Shown piece after piece: positions 20,482 to 29,487 of a stretch of DNA of 64,000 bases. The notes beneath the pieces are model-generated. The model saw nothing but the letters and a program-made list of their open reading frames with translations. It was not told the DNA's origin and searched no databases. How positions within the stretch are numbered: position 1 is the stretch's first letter; each line of letters opens with the position of its first letter. A program made the translations under genes and the position numbers. The DNA comes from Acidimicrobiia bacterium (GTDB lineage: Bacteria > Actinomycetota > Acidimicrobiia > IMCC26256 > JBMOIJ01), in NCBI GenBank assembly GCA_049317385.1, contig JBMOIJ010000011.1, forward strand, positions 2,580 to 66,579, given 5' to 3'.

Positions 20482-21582
20482 GTGTTCAGCGGAATCAAGG
20501 TCGGACGGATTCGGGGTATCCCAGTCGTCGTGAACTGGACGCTGCTCATTGCCGGCGCGCTCTTCACGTACCTGCTGGCCACGAGTCAGTTCCCGCTGGC
20601 GGCGCCGGGCGCGGCTGCGGCCGAGTACTGGGTTGCGGGCGCAGTGGGTGCGTTCCTGTTCTTCGTGTGTGTGGGTGCCCATGAGCTGTCGCACTCGGTG
20701 GTCGCGCAGCGCAACGGCGTGACCGTTGAACGCATCACCCTCTGGTTGCTCGGCGGCGTGGCGCAGCTGTCGGGGCGCGTCGGCACTGCGGGGGCCGAGT
20801 TCCGGATCGCGATCGCCGGCCCGCTGATGTCGGTGGCGCTGGGTGCCGCGTTCGGTGGGGTGAGTTGGGCGCTGGTTGCGCTCGGCGCGCCCGACGTGAT
20901 GGTGGCGTTGTTCGTGTGGCTGGCCATCATCAACGTGGTGCTGGCCGTGTTCAACCTGGCGCCGGCGGCGCCGCTCGACGGCGGGCGCGTGCTGGCGGCC
21001 GCGCTGTGGGCCGTGTGGCGCGACAAGGCGCGTGCCCAACTTGCTGCGGCGAACGTCGGTCGTGTGTTCGGCGTGTTGTTGTGCGCGCTCGGCGTGGCGA
21101 TGTTCTTCATAGGTGAGAGCGGTCTGTGGTTCATCTTGTTGGGGTGGTTCGTCTTTGCAGTGGCTACGGCCGAACGGCGCGTGGCGCGCCTCGAGCGCGC
21201 GGTCGGCACTGCCACGGTGCGGGAGGTCATGAACCCGCATCCGGTCACCGTTCCCGGTTGGATCACCGTCGACTACTTCTGGTCGAGCCCGCCGCTGGGG
21301 CACCACCACGTGTATCCGGTGGCGCGTTGGGAAGGCGGGGTGCATGGCGCAGTGCGCGTCGAGCGGCTCGACCAGGTGCCCTTGGGAGCGCGCACGTCGG
21401 TGCGGGTGCAGGATCTGGCCGACCCGGCACCCGAGGCGCGTCCCGATGAACTCGTCGTCGACGTGTTGGAGCGGGCGAACGGGCCGTTGTTGATGGTCGT
21501 CGAGGGCGGCCAGCTGGTCGGCGTGGTCACCGCGGAGGACCTGCTGCGCCTGCAAAGTGGGCAATCTGCGTCAACCGTCTAG
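20482..21582 (+). CDS. site-2 protease family (M50) metalloprotease with C-terminal CBS pair
   Basis: HELSHSVVA (HExxH), [11 protein letters not shown], and a C-terminal CBS-like region ([12 protein letters not shown]..., [19 protein letters not shown]). Confidence 0.85.
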   Translation: MFSGIKVGRIRGIPVVVNWTLLIAGALFTYLLATSQFPLAAPGAAAAEYWVAGAVGAFLFFVCVGAHELSHSVVAQRNGVTVERITLWLLGGVAQLSGRVGTAGAEFRIAIAGPLMSVALGAAFGGVSWALVALGAPDVMVALFVWLAIINVVLAVFNLAPAAPLDGGRVLAAALWAVWRDKARAQLAAANVGRVFGVLLCALGVAMFFIGESGLWFILLGWFVFAVATAERRVARLERAVGTATVREVMNPHPVTVPGWITVDYFWSSPPLGHHHVYPVARWEGGVHGAVRVERLDQVPLGARTSVRVQDLADPAPEARPDELVVDVLERANGPLLMVVEGGQLVGVVTAEDLLRLQSGQSASTV

Positions 21583-21585
21583 AAT
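21580..21585 (+). promoter_or_regulatory. candidate -10 hexamer TAGAAT upstream of typA
   Basis: TCTAGAATCT. The hexamer overlaps the TAG stop of the M50 gene and ends 86 nt before the typA ATG. Confidence 0.35.
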
Positions 21586-21671
21586 CTGGCTTCCCCCAGT
21601 TCACCTGGCGCAGGTCTCGGTCGCTCACGCCTCTGGCTCCGCGTCCTCGCTCGCGCACCATTGGAGTTCTC

Positions 21672-23498
21672 ATGACCGCGCGCAATGACCTGCGCAACGT
21701 CGCGATCGTCGCTCACGTCGATCACGGCAAGACCACTCTCGTCGACGCCATGTTGTGGCAGACCGGCGCATTCCGAGCCAACCAAGAGGTTGCCGAACGC
21801 GTCATGGACTCCAACGACCTCGAGCGCGAGAAGGGCATCACCATCCTCGCCAAGAACACGGCGGTTCGGTGGAACGGCACCAAGATAAACGTGGTCGACA
21901 CGCCGGGCCACGCCGACTTCGGCGGCGAGGTGGAGCGCGCGCTCACCATGGTCGATGGTGTCTTGCTGTTGGTTGATGCAAGCGAAGGGCCGTTGCCGCA
22001 AACGCGTTTCGTGTTGCGCAAGGCGCTGGCCGCACGGCTGCCCGTGGTTCTGGTGATCAACAAGGTCGACCGACCCGACGCGCGTGTGAAGGAAGTGGTG
22101 CACGAGGTCGAAGAGCTGTTCCTCGACCTCGACGCCGACGAGCACCAGATCGAGTTCCCCATCGTGTACACGAACGCGAAGGCCGGCACGGCGTCGCTGA
22201 CGGCCGAAGAGCAGTCGGCCGACCTCACGCCGTTGTTCGAAATGCTGGTCGAGCACATCCCTGCACCTGAGTTCGAAGACGGTCACCCGCTGCAGGCGCT
22301 GGTCACCAACCTCGACGCGTCGCCGTACGTCGGTCGTCTCGCGTTGTGCCGGGTGATCAACGGCACGATCACCAAGGGCCAGAACATTGCCTGGTGTCGT
22401 ACCGACGGTTCGGTCGAGCGGGCCAAAGTGGCCGAGCTCTACGTGACCGAGTCGCTCGATCGTGTCGACGTGGCCGAGGCCGGTCCGGGCGAGATCATCG
22501 CCGTCGCCGGTTTACCCGAGGTCATGATCGGCGAGACGCTCGCCGACCCCGACGACCCGCGTCAGCTGCCGGTCATCACGGTCGACGAGCCGAGCTTGTC
22601 GATGACCATCGGGATCAACACCTCGCCGCTCGCCGGCAAGGATGGAAAGAAGCTCACGGCGCGACTGGTGAAAGCGCGTCTCGACCAGGAACTCATCGGC
22701 AACGTGAGCTTGCGCGTGTTCCCCACGGATCGGCCCGACGCATGGGAAGTGCAGGGGCGCGGTGAGTTGCAGCTCGCCGTGTTGGTCGAAACGATGCGCC
22801 GTGAGGGCTTCGAACTCACGGTCGGCAAGCCCGAGGTGCTCATCCGCGAGATCGACGGCAAGCGCCACGAGCCCGTCGAGCGCGTCACCATCGATGTCCC
22901 CGAGGACTACCTGGGTACTGTCACGCAGCTCATGGCGGTGCGCAAGGGCCGCATGCTTGAGATCGTGAACCACGGCACGGGTTGGGTACGCGTCGACTTC
23001 ATCGTGCCGGCACGGGGGCTCATCGGGTTCCGTACCGAGTTCCTCACCGAGACGCGCGGTACCGGCATCCTCAACTCGGTGTTCGAGGGGTGGGAGCCGT
23101 GGGCGGGCGAGATCCGGTCGCGGCACACGGGTTCGCTCGTGGCCGACCGCACGGGTGTCACCACCACGTACACGCTGATGACGTTGCAGGACCGTGGCAC
23201 GTTGTTCGTGGGTCCGGGTGTCGATGTGTACGAGGGCATGGTCATTGGTGAGAACCCGCGTGCCGAGGACATGGACGTCAACCCCACGAAAGAGAAGAAG
23301 CTCACCAACGTGCGGTCGTCAACGGCCGATGAGCTGGAGCGGCTCACTCCGCCGAAACAGATGACGCTCGAAGGGGCACTCGAGTTCCTGGCCGCCGACG
23401 AGTGCGTCGAGGTCACCCCCGAGACGGTGCGGATGCGCAAAGTGGTGCTGGACCAGAACACCCGGGGCCGGGAGCGCAAGCGCGCCAAATCCGACTGA
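21672..23498 (+). CDS. typA: translational GTPase TypA/BipA
   Basis: [36 protein letters not shown]. 608 aa. Confidence 0.97.
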   Translation: MTARNDLRNVAIVAHVDHGKTTLVDAMLWQTGAFRANQEVAERVMDSNDLEREKGITILAKNTAVRWNGTKINVVDTPGHADFGGEVERALTMVDGVLLLVDASEGPLPQTRFVLRKALAARLPVVLVINKVDRPDARVKEVVHEVEELFLDLDADEHQIEFPIVYTNAKAGTASLTAEEQSADLTPLFEMLVEHIPAPEFEDGHPLQALVTNLDASPYVGRLALCRVINGTITKGQNIAWCRTDGSVERAKVAELYVTESLDRVDVAEAGPGEIIAVAGLPEVMIGETLADPDDPRQLPVITVDEPSLSMTIGINTSPLAGKDGKKLTARLVKARLDQELIGNVSLRVFPTDRPDAWEVQGRGELQLAVLVETMRREGFELTVGKPEVLIREIDGKRHEPVERVTIDVPEDYLGTVTQLMAVRKGRMLEIVNHGTGWVRVDFIVPARGLIGFRTEFLTETRGTGILNSVFEGWEPWAGEIRSRHTGSLVADRTGVTTTYTLMTLQDRGTLFVGPGVDVYEGMVIGENPRAEDMDVNPTKEKKLTNVRSSTADELERLTPPKQMTLEGALEFLAADECVEVTPETVRMRKVVLDQNTRGRERKRAKSD

Positions 23499-23538
23499 GG
23501 CGTTTCTCACTGTCACATACCCAGCTCAGAAACGCCTC
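23497..23538 (+). repeat. family-1 palindromic element, copy 3 (GAGGCGTTTCTCACTGTCACATACCCAGCTCAGAAACGCCTC)
   Basis: Overlaps the typA TGA (23496-98) and contains the stop and last four codons of the convergent SGNH gene (23526-). The arms GGCGTTTCT/AGAAACGCC are a perfect match. Confidence 0.85.
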
Positions 23539-24278
23539 GAATTCGTGAGGGCGGACTGGACGACTGGTGTGACGGCCTCGGCCCACAGGCGGTAGCCGTC
23601 GTCGTTGGGGTGGAACCCGTCGGCGGCGAAGTACGGCTCAGGGTTGCGGTGGAACTCGTCGTTGGGGTCACCGTGGATGTTCACGAACGCATTCCCGCGC
23701 TCCGTTGCCAGTGACCGGACCTCGCGGTCGAGCACTCCCGAGTACCAACCGGCGAGGGCGCGCAGCGGCATCGGGAGTCGGGGTGACGTGGAGAAGTCGG
23801 GGCAGCCGAGCATCACGACCAAGGCGTGGTGCGGAATCGCATCGAGCGCAGCTTCGTACTCGCGCCGGAACGTGCTGGGCCGCGCAAAGTGCGTCACGTC
23901 GTTCGCACCCACGCTGATGCACACGAGGTCGCAACGCGCCGGCAGTGCGCGCACTTGAATGGACCGGACGTCCGCGACTCGCGCGCCGGACCACCCGAGC
24001 ATCTGTAGCTCCACCGGTCGTTGGAGTGCCTGGGCGACGCGACGGGCCACGGTGGTGTCGGCGGAATCGGAGCCGATTCCGGCCGCGGTGGAATCGCCGA
24101 GCCAGGCCATGTGAAGCACGTCGCCGTGTGGTGGCCCGATCCGGCCGTCGATCCCCAGGTCGGTTTCGGGGATGAGCGTGCCGTTGCGCCGGGCGTGTCG
24201 AACCTGCGCGGCCAACGTGGCGAACACTGCCACCGGGATGGCAGCGGTGATCCCGAGTGTGCGGCGGACGCGTCCCAT
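23526..24278 (-). CDS. SGNH/GDSL hydrolase family protein
   Basis: MAWLGDSTAAG (block I GDS), SVGANDV (block III), and a C-terminal DGFHPN (block V). Start taken at ATG 24278 (MGRVRR..., signal-like). The last codons overlap repeat copy 3. Confidence 0.8.
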   Translation of the reverse strand: MGRVRRTLGITAAIPVAVFATLAAQVRHARRNGTLIPETDLGIDGRIGPPHGDVLHMAWLGDSTAAGIGSDSADTTVARRVAQALQRPVELQMLGWSGARVADVRSIQVRALPARCDLVCISVGANDVTHFARPSTFRREYEAALDAIPHHALVVMLGCPDFSTSPRLPMPLRALAGWYSGVLDREVRSLATERGNAFVNIHGDPNDEFHRNPEPYFAADGFHPNDDGYRLWAEAVTPVVQSALTNSRRF

Positions 24279-24424
24279 CTGCGAGACCCTAGGACTGGCC
24301 CGCCCGAAACGGGCGCTGGGCCTGACGTGGCATACTTCTACGTCCCTCGTTACCGAATCGTCCGTCGGCGCGGTCGTTGGTGTGGTCTTCACACGAACGT
24401 CGCCGAGCGCCGCCAGGGAGTGAC

Positions 24425-24907
24425 ATGGCCGGGTTCAAGGTCGGAGATCGCGTCGTCTACCCCCACCACGGGGTGGCGGTCATCAAGAAGAAGGAGAACA
24501 TCGTGTTCTCCGGTGAGAAGACCGAGTATCTCGTGCTCCAGATGGTGCACGGCGAGATGACGGTGCGCGTCCCGTCGGCGAAGGCCGAGGAAGTGGGCAT
24601 GCGCCCGCCCATCAGCGTTGAAGACGTCGAGGACTTGTTCCGACTCATCCGCAAGCGCGACGTGCGGGAGCCGGCTAACTGGAGCCGTCGCTTCAAGAAC
24701 CACCAAGAGAAGATGAAGTCGGGCGACGTGTATCAGATCGCCGAAGTGGTCCGGAACCTTGCGCTGCGTGACAAGACCAAGGGTCTGTCCACCGCCGAGA
24801 AGTCGATGCTGGAAAAGGCGCGCGGCATCTTGGTCTCCGAGCTGTCGTTCGCGCTCGATCTCAGCGAAGACGACGCGCTCGTGAAGCTGAACGAAGGCCT
24901 CGAGTAA
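24425..24907 (+). CDS. carD: CarD-family RNA-polymerase-binding transcription regulator
   Basis: MAGFKVGDRVVYPHHGVAVI...EYLVLQM...MTVRVP...NWSRRFKNHQEKMKSGD. Confidence 0.95.
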   Translation: MAGFKVGDRVVYPHHGVAVIKKKENIVFSGEKTEYLVLQMVHGEMTVRVPSAKAEEVGMRPPISVEDVEDLFRLIRKRDVREPANWSRRFKNHQEKMKSGDVYQIAEVVRNLALRDKTKGLSTAEKSMLEKARGILVSELSFALDLSEDDALVKLNEGLE

Positions 24908-24918
24908 TCCACTCTGCT

Positions 24919-24938
24919 GGCGGCGCGTCGACGCCGCC
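24919..24938. terminator. GC hairpin GGCGGCG-CGTCGA-CGCCGCC
   Basis: Perfect 7-bp stem between convergent carD (stop at 24907) and the beta-propeller gene (stop at 24941). Confidence 0.45.
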
Positions 24939-24940
24939 GA

Positions 24941-26197
24941 TCAGCTCAGTTCTGCGCGTCGCAGGTAGCTGTGGCCCTGGTACGCGGAGTAGTACACGAC
25001 CGGACGCCCGCCCTCGGTGGTCGCAGTTGCGTAGCTCCCCGCATCGGTGAAGCCGGATCCGCTGGATCCGTTGACGCCGTCGAGCATCCGGAAACTCCAC
25101 GTGCCGTTCGAGAGCATGGCCTGGCGCAAGGTGCTCCCAGAGATCGGTACCGATGCGTAGTACACGCGCAATGCCGTGCCCGCGACCGTGGTCGAGACCC
25201 CTCGGTAGCCCACGGTTTGGGTGGTTCGGCCGGGGTACGTGGAGCTGGGTCCGTCGAGGTTCTCGGCGGTCCAGGCACCGCCGGCGAAGCGCATGTGGCG
25301 GAGGTCCCCCTTCGCTGTGTTGTGCGCAAAGACGTGCGTCTCGTTGTTGTAGGCGGCCACGGCCACACTCCCGCCGACGGGGTCGGTGGTGCGACCGGCA
25401 ACGTTGCTGTTGGCGCCGTCGACGTTCTTGAATGTCCACGTGTTGCCGCACCGCTTGGCGACGCGCACGCCGATCGCTTGGAGTCCGGACGAGTAGGTGT
25501 CGTACACGGCCAGTAGACAGCCGGCGCTGTCGACGCCAGCTGCGGTGGTCCGTCCCGAATTCTTCAGCGTGCGGCCGGGAGTCACCGAGACCGGGCCGTC
25601 GAGCCATTCGTAGGACCACGTGGTGCCGTCGTACCACGCATGACGGACCGAACGGGTGGCGTTGTCGGAGTAGAAGACGTGCACCTGGTTATTGAAGACC
25701 ACTGCGGATGATCCGGAGCCGACGTTGTTGGTTGTGCGCCCGAGGTAGCCGGCTTGGATTCCGTCGATGTATTCGAGGTACCAGTTAGAACCGATCAGGT
25801 ACGCATGACGCAAGGACCTCGTGGATCCGTCCCAGTAGAACGCGTGGAGGACCGACCCCAGCGTGACTGCCGACGGGTACTCACCCATCTGGCGGCCGGT
25901 GGTGGCCGGGTCCTCGCCACCGAGTCCGTCGATGGTTTCGATCTGCCATCCGCTGTTGGTCTTGTAGGCGTGCCGCACTCCTGAAGGCGTGGTGCGGTTC
26001 TGGTAGATCACGTGCTGGACGCCGTTGACGCTGGCAGTTGCCGATTGCGGTCCCACCGATGTGTTGACGTGGCCGGGAACTGTGCCGCCGCCATCGAGGG
26101 TCAGGTACTTCCACGACGCAGCGGATGCCGGGGCGCCGCTCACAGTTGCCAGCATCGTTGCGGCCAGCATGGCTGGGAGGGTCAGACGTCGCAGCAT
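24941..26197 (-). CDS. secreted 7-bladed beta-propeller repeat protein (lectin-like)
   Basis: Sec signal MLRRLTLPAMLAATMLATVSGAPASA, followed by seven repeats of about 50-55 aa with the pattern W..E.[LI]DG...GRT...G...A......HVFY......LRHA. Confidence 0.75.
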   Translation of the reverse strand: MLRRLTLPAMLAATMLATVSGAPASAASWKYLTLDGGGTVPGHVNTSVGPQSATASVNGVQHVIYQNRTTPSGVRHAYKTNSGWQIETIDGLGGEDPATTGRQMGEYPSAVTLGSVLHAFYWDGSTRSLRHAYLIGSNWYLEYIDGIQAGYLGRTTNNVGSGSSAVVFNNQVHVFYSDNATRSVRHAWYDGTTWSYEWLDGPVSVTPGRTLKNSGRTTAAGVDSAGCLLAVYDTYSSGLQAIGVRVAKRCGNTWTFKNVDGANSNVAGRTTDPVGGSVAVAAYNNETHVFAHNTAKGDLRHMRFAGGAWTAENLDGPSSTYPGRTTQTVGYRGVSTTVAGTALRVYYASVPISGSTLRQAMLSNGTWSFRMLDGVNGSSGSGFTDAGSYATATTEGGRPVVYYSAYQGHSYLRRAELS

Positions 26198-26243
26198 GGG
26201 CACACGGTCCTGATCGGCGGAGTGCGCGGTTTGCTTGAAGGTC

Positions 26244-26738
26244 CTAGCCGCCGAGTTTGGTGACCCAGTCGGCCAGGGCGTTGGCTTCGATGTCGAGGCG
26301 GCGTTGGATGCCCGGGCCGATGGCGCCCTCGGCCTTGCCGCCCAGCAGGGGGATGCGCACGGCGAACTGGCCGGCGAGCGCGCGCGTGCACCCGTCGTCG
26401 GCAGCGGCCAGCGTGATGTCGGCGGCGCAGTGCACCTTGTCGGCCAGCACCGACGGCTCGATGGTGAGCGTCCCGCGATGCGCAGCGGTGTCGAACACGA
26501 GAGTCTGCGCCCACGCAATCTCTTGGTTGCCCAACACGGTGTTCACGATGGGGTCGAGGTGGCCGTCGAACACGTACCGCAACCGAATGGTGACGGCGCG
26601 GCCGTTCTGCTCGCGTCCGAGGACTTCGGGCTTGGTGACGTCGGGGAGGTCGAGCTGCTCGTAGAACGCAACATCGGTCATGGCATCTTCGATGTCGGCG
26701 AGCGCGTGCTGGAACCGGTGCGTGTTGCGCAGTTCCAT
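26244..26738 (-). CDS. DUF2505-family (SRPBCC-like) protein
   Basis: ...FAVRIPLLGGKAEGAIGPGIQRRLDIEANALADWV resembles the mycobacterial DUF2505 C-terminus. Its ATG overlaps the upstream gene's stop codon (TAATG). Confidence 0.75.
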   Translation of the reverse strand: MELRNTHRFQHALADIEDAMTDVAFYEQLDLPDVTKPEVLGREQNGRAVTIRLRYVFDGHLDPIVNTVLGNQEIAWAQTLVFDTAAHRGTLTIEPSVLADKVHCAADITLAAADDGCTRALAGQFAVRIPLLGGKAEGAIGPGIQRRLDIEANALADWVTKLGG

Positions 26739-27460
26739 TACGTGCTCACGCCGAAGAGGTAACCGATCGCGAAGGTGAGTCCCATGGCCGCGCCGCTGCC
26801 CACCAGTACGCGGATCATGGCGCGCCGTGGGGGTGCGCCACCCAGGCGCGCGCCCACGTAACCCAGGACGGCCAGACAGATGAGTGCGGCAACGATTGTG
26901 GCCACGACCCGTGCACTGAACGGTGCAAGCAACACAGTGGCGACGGGCACGATTGCGCCGACCGAGAACGCGGCCGCCGACACCACGCCCGCTTGCAGCG
27001 GCCGGGCGAGCTGGTCGGGGGAGATGCCCAACTCTTCTCGGGCGTGCGCAGCCAATTCGTCTTTCGCCGTGAGTTCGACGGCAACTTCTCGGCTGAGTTC
27101 GCGTGAGATGCCGCGCGCCATGAATGCCGCCGTGAGTTCTTCGAGTTCGAGGGCTGGGTTTGCGAGCAGCGATGCTTCTTCGGCGCGCAGGTCGGCCTCT
27201 TCGGCGTCGCGCTGTGAGCTCACCGATACGTATTCGCCCACGGCCATGGAGAGCGCACCACCCACGAGTCCGGCAACCCCGGCCGTGGCCACGGCGCTGC
27301 GGCCGGCACCACTCCCGGCCACACCGACCACGAGGCTGGCGATGGAGACGATGCCGTCGTTGGCGCCGAGGACTGCCGCGCGCAACCATCCGCCGCGGTG
27401 GCTGCGGTGCGTCTCCTCGCGATGGTGGGCGATTTCTTCGGCGGCGGACTCGGCGTCCAT
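26738..27460 (-). CDS. VIT1/CCC1-family iron/manganese transporter
   Basis: WLRAAVLGANDGIVSIASLVVGVAG...SMAVGEYVSVSSQRD, a central cytosolic helical segment, then C-terminal TM helices. Confidence 0.85.
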   Translation of the reverse strand: MDAESAAEEIAHHREETHRSHRGGWLRAAVLGANDGIVSIASLVVGVAGSGAGRSAVATAGVAGLVGGALSMAVGEYVSVSSQRDAEEADLRAEEASLLANPALELEELTAAFMARGISRELSREVAVELTAKDELAAHAREELGISPDQLARPLQAGVVSAAAFSVGAIVPVATVLLAPFSARVVATIVAALICLAVLGYVGARLGGAPPRRAMIRVLVGSGAAMGLTFAIGYLFGVST

Positions 27461-27470
27461 GGCGCCGATG

Positions 27471-27857
27471 CTACGCCCGTGGGTCGTCACCGAGCTCTTT
27501 GGCGAGTTGTTGGGCAATGCTGAATTGCACGGCGGCCACACCGAACGCAGTGAGGCTGATGGCCTTGCGGGTCCAGGGGCCGCGGCCGATGATGCCGAAG
27601 GTGCCGTCGGCCAGGTCGCAGAGTGCGCTCATCGACAACCAGTCCGACGGGCGCTGCTCGGCCTTCATCGAGATCTCGGTGCCGAGCCCGAGCGCGATTT
27701 CACGGATGCCGGTGGTGCGGGCGAACAGGCGGACCGACGAGTTCGTCTGCCCCGGTCCGGCCCAGATCCATGACGCCAGTGCGGGCGTGGCCATGAGGCC
27801 GACGCCGATGGCGAGGCGGGTGCGGGCGATGGCGAGCGTCAGTTTGCGGTTGTCCAC
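27471..27857 (-). CDS. hypothetical small membrane protein
   Basis: The C-terminal 128 aa of ORF 27471..28040 has hydrophobic helices (LAIGVGLMATPALASWIW, ISLTAFGVAAVQF). The start is uncertain (GTG 27857, no clear SD). Confidence 0.4.
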   Translation of the reverse strand: MDNRKLTLAIARTRLAIGVGLMATPALASWIWAGPGQTNSSVRLFARTTGIREIALGLGTEISMKAEQRPSDWLSMSALCDLADGTFGIIGRGPWTRKAISLTAFGVAAVQFSIAQQLAKELGDDPRA

Positions 27858-27984
27858 GGCGGGGGAGTCTGGCACGCCGTACACCGTCGGGACCCGTTGG
27901 GTCGCGGACGACCGACGCGGACGGGGCGTGGGCCCCTTCGCTAGGGTCCATCCGACCCCGATCGATCCGAGAGGAACTGCAGCA

Positions 27985-28560
27985 ATGGCTTTCGAACTGC
28001 CGCCCCTTCCGTACACGATGGACGCGCTGGCGCCGCACATCAGCCAGGAGACCCTCGAGTACCACTACGGCAAACACCACCAGACCTATGTCACGAACTT
28101 GAACAACCTCACGCAGGGCACCGACCTTGCCGACGCGTCGCTCGAAGATGTGATTGCGAAGGCCGAAGGCCCGCTGTTCAACAACGCAGCGCAGGTGTGG
28201 AATCACACCTTCTATTGGAACTCCATGAAGCCCAACGGTGGCGGTGCGCCCACCGGCGAGCTGGCCGAGAAGATCAGCTCGGCGTTCGGTTCGTTCGACG
28301 ACTTCAAGGCGAAGTTCACCGAAGCGGCCACTACGCAGTTCGGTTCGGGGTGGGCGTGGCTCGTCGACGACGGCTCCAAGCTCGACGTCATCAAGACCGG
28401 AAATGCCGACCTGCCCATGAAGCACGGTGCGAAGGCGTTGCTCACCATCGATGTGTGGGAGCACGCGTACTACATCGATTACCGCAACGCCCGTCCCAAG
28501 TACATCGAGACGTTCCTCGACAGCTTGGCGAACTGGGACTTCGCAGCCAGCAACCTCTAA
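27985..28560 (+). CDS. sodB: Fe/Mn superoxide dismutase (Fe-type signature)
   Basis: MAFELPPLPY..LEYHYGKHH, AAQVWNHTFYW, FGSGWAWL, DVWEHAYY. RBS GAGAGGA lies upstream. Confidence 0.95.
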   Translation: MAFELPPLPYTMDALAPHISQETLEYHYGKHHQTYVTNLNNLTQGTDLADASLEDVIAKAEGPLFNNAAQVWNHTFYWNSMKPNGGGAPTGELAEKISSAFGSFDDFKAKFTEAATTQFGSGWAWLVDDGSKLDVIKTGNADLPMKHGAKALLTIDVWEHAYYIDYRNARPKYIETFLDSLANWDFAASNL

Positions 28561-28567
28561 TCCCCCT

Positions 28568-28617
28568 GACTTTGCGTCGCTCGCGTACGCCATTCGGTAC
28601 GCGCGCGACGCAAAGTC
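28568..28617. terminator. family-2 hairpin, copy A: GACTTTGCGTCGC-t-CGCGTAC-GCCATTCG-GTACGCG-c-GCGACGCAAAGTC
   Basis: About 20 bp of pairing between the convergent sodB and zinc-ribbon genes. The outer 13-nt arms are identical to those at 41407/41444. No U-tract follows. Confidence 0.6.
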
Positions 28618-28636
28618 GAGCGAAGGGGAGGGGTGG

Positions 28637-28831
28637 TCAGTCGTCCTTGAGGGCGACGGCGTTGACGGTGACGTTCATCTTCGGTTCGTACTCGGCTGCT
28701 TGTACGTCGCGCTTGGCGCCGTCGAAGCGAGCGTGCAGTTCGTCGAAGCAGGTGGCGCACGGCCCCCAGAACTGGAACTCGGCGGCGCGTCCGCAGCGGG
28801 GACAGGTGTCGGTGAACGTCTGATTCGTCAT
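28637..28831 (-). CDS. small zinc-ribbon protein (64 aa), function unknown
   Basis: CPRC...17 aa...CATC four-Cys arrangement with coding-like codon bias. Confidence 0.55.
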   Translation of the reverse strand: MTNQTFTDTCPRCGRAAEFQFWGPCATCFDELHARFDGAKRDVQAAEYEPKMNVTVNAVALKDD

Positions 28832-28855
28832 CGGCGGTCAGGCTACCGGCGTCGC

Positions 28856-29398
28856 TCAGTTGGTGGTGGGGTCGACGGGGCAGTGGGCGAACATCGCCAG
28901 TCCGCCGGCCTGGCGTCGTAACACGACCTGCCACAGATCGTGGGGCCTGCGGGTCCAGGCGTCCTCGGGTTCGGACTCAACTACGAACCACGAACCTTCT
29001 TCGATTTCGGCTTCGAGCTGGCCTGCGGACCATCCGGCGTACCCGGCGAAGAGCCGGAATCGGTCGAGCCCGGGCACGGTTTCGGAATCCAGATCGACGG
29101 TGCCGATGCCGTTGAAGAGCGGCGCGAACGCGTCAACCGGATCCACCGCGAGCGAGTGCGCAAGCCCCACCGCACCCTGGGGTGACACCGGGCCACCCAC
29201 GAACACCACGCCTGGTTCCGCGGCGTCGGCGGCCCACTGGTGGAGCACCTCGGCCACGGTGGTGTCGGACGGGCGGTTCAGGATCAGACCGAATGCCCCG
29301 TCGGCGCTGTGGTCGAGCAACAGCACGACGGTGCGGGCGAAGTTGGGGTCGGTGAGGAGCGGGGTGCCCACGAGGAGTCGGCCGCGACGCGGTTCCAT
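28856..29398 (-). CDS. YqgE/AlgH-family (UPF0301) protein
   Basis: GRLLVGTPLLTDPNFARTVVLLLDHSADGAFGLILNRP...GGPV...LFAGYAGWSAGQLE.E...G.W. Start is ATG 29398. Confidence 0.85.
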   Translation of the reverse strand: MEPRRGRLLVGTPLLTDPNFARTVVLLLDHSADGAFGLILNRPSDTTVAEVLHQWAADAAEPGVVFVGGPVSPQGAVGLAHSLAVDPVDAFAPLFNGIGTVDLDSETVPGLDRFRLFAGYAGWSAGQLEAEIEEGSWFVVESEPEDAWTRRPHDLWQVVLRRQAGGLAMFAHCPVDPTTN

Positions 29399-29487
29399 CC
29401 CCTGATGATGCCCTGGCCCAGCCGGTGCGCGCATCCGTTGCGTTCCCCGGTTCGTGACCGACCGGAGGCGGCGTACGGTACGACGCC

